From assembly GCA_965644295.1 (NCBI GenBank), contig CBFFRP010000219.1, positions 179,834 to 243,833 on the forward strand: a stretch of DNA of 64,000 nucleotides, given 5' to 3'. The translations under genes and the position numbers were made by a program. Source of the stretch: Paraphysomonas bandaiensis. Lineage: Eukaryota > Protista > Chrysophyceae. The notes beneath the pieces are model-generated. The model had not been told where the DNA came from. It did not search any database and saw nothing but the letters and a program-made list of their open reading frames with translations. Shown piece after piece: positions 63,198 through 64,000 of this stretch (positions are counted from its first letter, which is position 1; every line of letters starts with the position of its first letter).

Positions 63198-63995
63198 ATG
63201 AATCTATTCCCTAGAAATAAATCTTTTATCTATAATTTTACATCTATGAATTCTAATACAGTCGGCGATACACCTGAAGATTGTACAATTATATTACCAC
63301 CATTACCATATTACCAGGAATGTGATTATTATGAAGTTGAATGTATCGGTTTTTATATAAACTATGAAAGCTTAGATATATCAGCAATTCCTTTTAATGG
63401 TTGTAATAATTTAAATTTCATTGCGGAAAACTTCGCGACAGAACGCAATTGTATTGATATTTGCGAAAATCAATTTCTTGTTTGTGGCACGCATTGTGAT
63501 AGAAACAGATCATATTCAATATGTTATAATAATAAATGTAAAGTAAAAAATACTAAAAAACCAACTACATACAGCTTTAGAACTGACACAGGCATAGTAA
63601 GAGATAAACCCTTTTGTGTATATGGTGACAAAGAGCCAAAAAAGATACGATTTCGTTTATATGATGAAAATTTAGAACCCTTGAAAAAAGAAGTTGTAAA
63701 TTATAATGGTAAAACACATTGGACAGTGTCTTTTTATTTTATACCAATGTACGAAAGTAATTTTAATGAGCACAAGTATAAGTTTTCGTTGTCATGTGAA
63801 GGAGAAGACGAGGAAAGTGAAGACGAAGAAAGTGAAGACGAAGAAAGCGAAGACGAAGAAAGTGAAGAAAAATGTGAAGACAAACGTGAGGAAATGAAGA
63901 AGATATTTAAACGTGTCGTAATTGAAACACTCGCTAAACATGTTAACAACACTGCAGGCAATTTTATTGTTGTGAAAAGGTCAGTAAATGGCTAA
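63198..63995 (+). CDS. Intronless AT-rich ORF, possible minor capsid (penton-like) protein of a Polinton-like virus/virophage
   Basis: Beta-rich pattern GDTPEDCTIILPPL..YEVECIGFYIN..KIRFRLYDENLEPL..WTVSFYFIP; acidic (EDEES)x4 tail; A/T-ending codons unlike the host genes. Confidence 0.5.
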   Translation: MNLFPRNKSFIYNFTSMNSNTVGDTPEDCTIILPPLPYYQECDYYEVECIGFYINYESLDISAIPFNGCNNLNFIAENFATERNCIDICENQFLVCGTHCDRNRSYSICYNNKCKVKNTKKPTTYSFRTDTGIVRDKPFCVYGDKEPKKIRFRLYDENLEPLKKEVVNYNGKTHWTVSFYFIPMYESNFNEHKYKFSLSCEGEDEESEDEESEDEESEDEESEEKCEDKREEMKKIFKRVVIETLAKHVNNTAGNFIVVKRSVNG

Positions 63996-64000
63996 AAAAC

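Overview
Eukaryotic genomic DNA with short (~50-130 bp) GT-AG introns and the standard code. The gene set and style suggest a stramenopile-type protist, but that is an inference. Host genes: 3' end of an RNF213-like gene, ERO1, BIN4-like, D-2-hydroxyacid dehydrogenase, a PH/RGS multidomain gene, CYRI/FAM49, SAR1 (absent from the ORF track), RRP8, RACK1, tRNA-Val(AAC), an EF-hand/zeta-toxin-like kinase/PH gene, an MFS transporter, an isoaspartyl peptidase/asparaginase and NOP16. Mobile DNA: a decayed hAT with its MITE, two more hAT-like MITE families, a Mutator remnant, a Harbinger-like MITE, a Copia element with an intact ORF, a second Copia remnant and a Tc1/IS630 fragment. Four things stand out. 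(1) An intronless 724-aa gene (39589-41763) fuses two WW domains and an NLS to a phage/giant-virus-type amino-methyltransferase and a PLP enzyme resembling those of phage DNA hypermodification; it is a candidate new eukaryotic nucleic-acid modification system. (2) A 509-bp non-autonomous retroposon family begins with a sequence that folds as an HDV-like ribozyme in the style of the trypanosomatid L1Tc/ingi Pr77 hallmark. (3) An AA13-like (starch-type) LPMO, apparently outside fungi, has Trp in place of the axial Tyr. (4) The AT-rich window end resembles an endogenous Polinton-like virus/virophage. Family assignments come from motifs read by eye and sequences recalled from memory; no searches were run.
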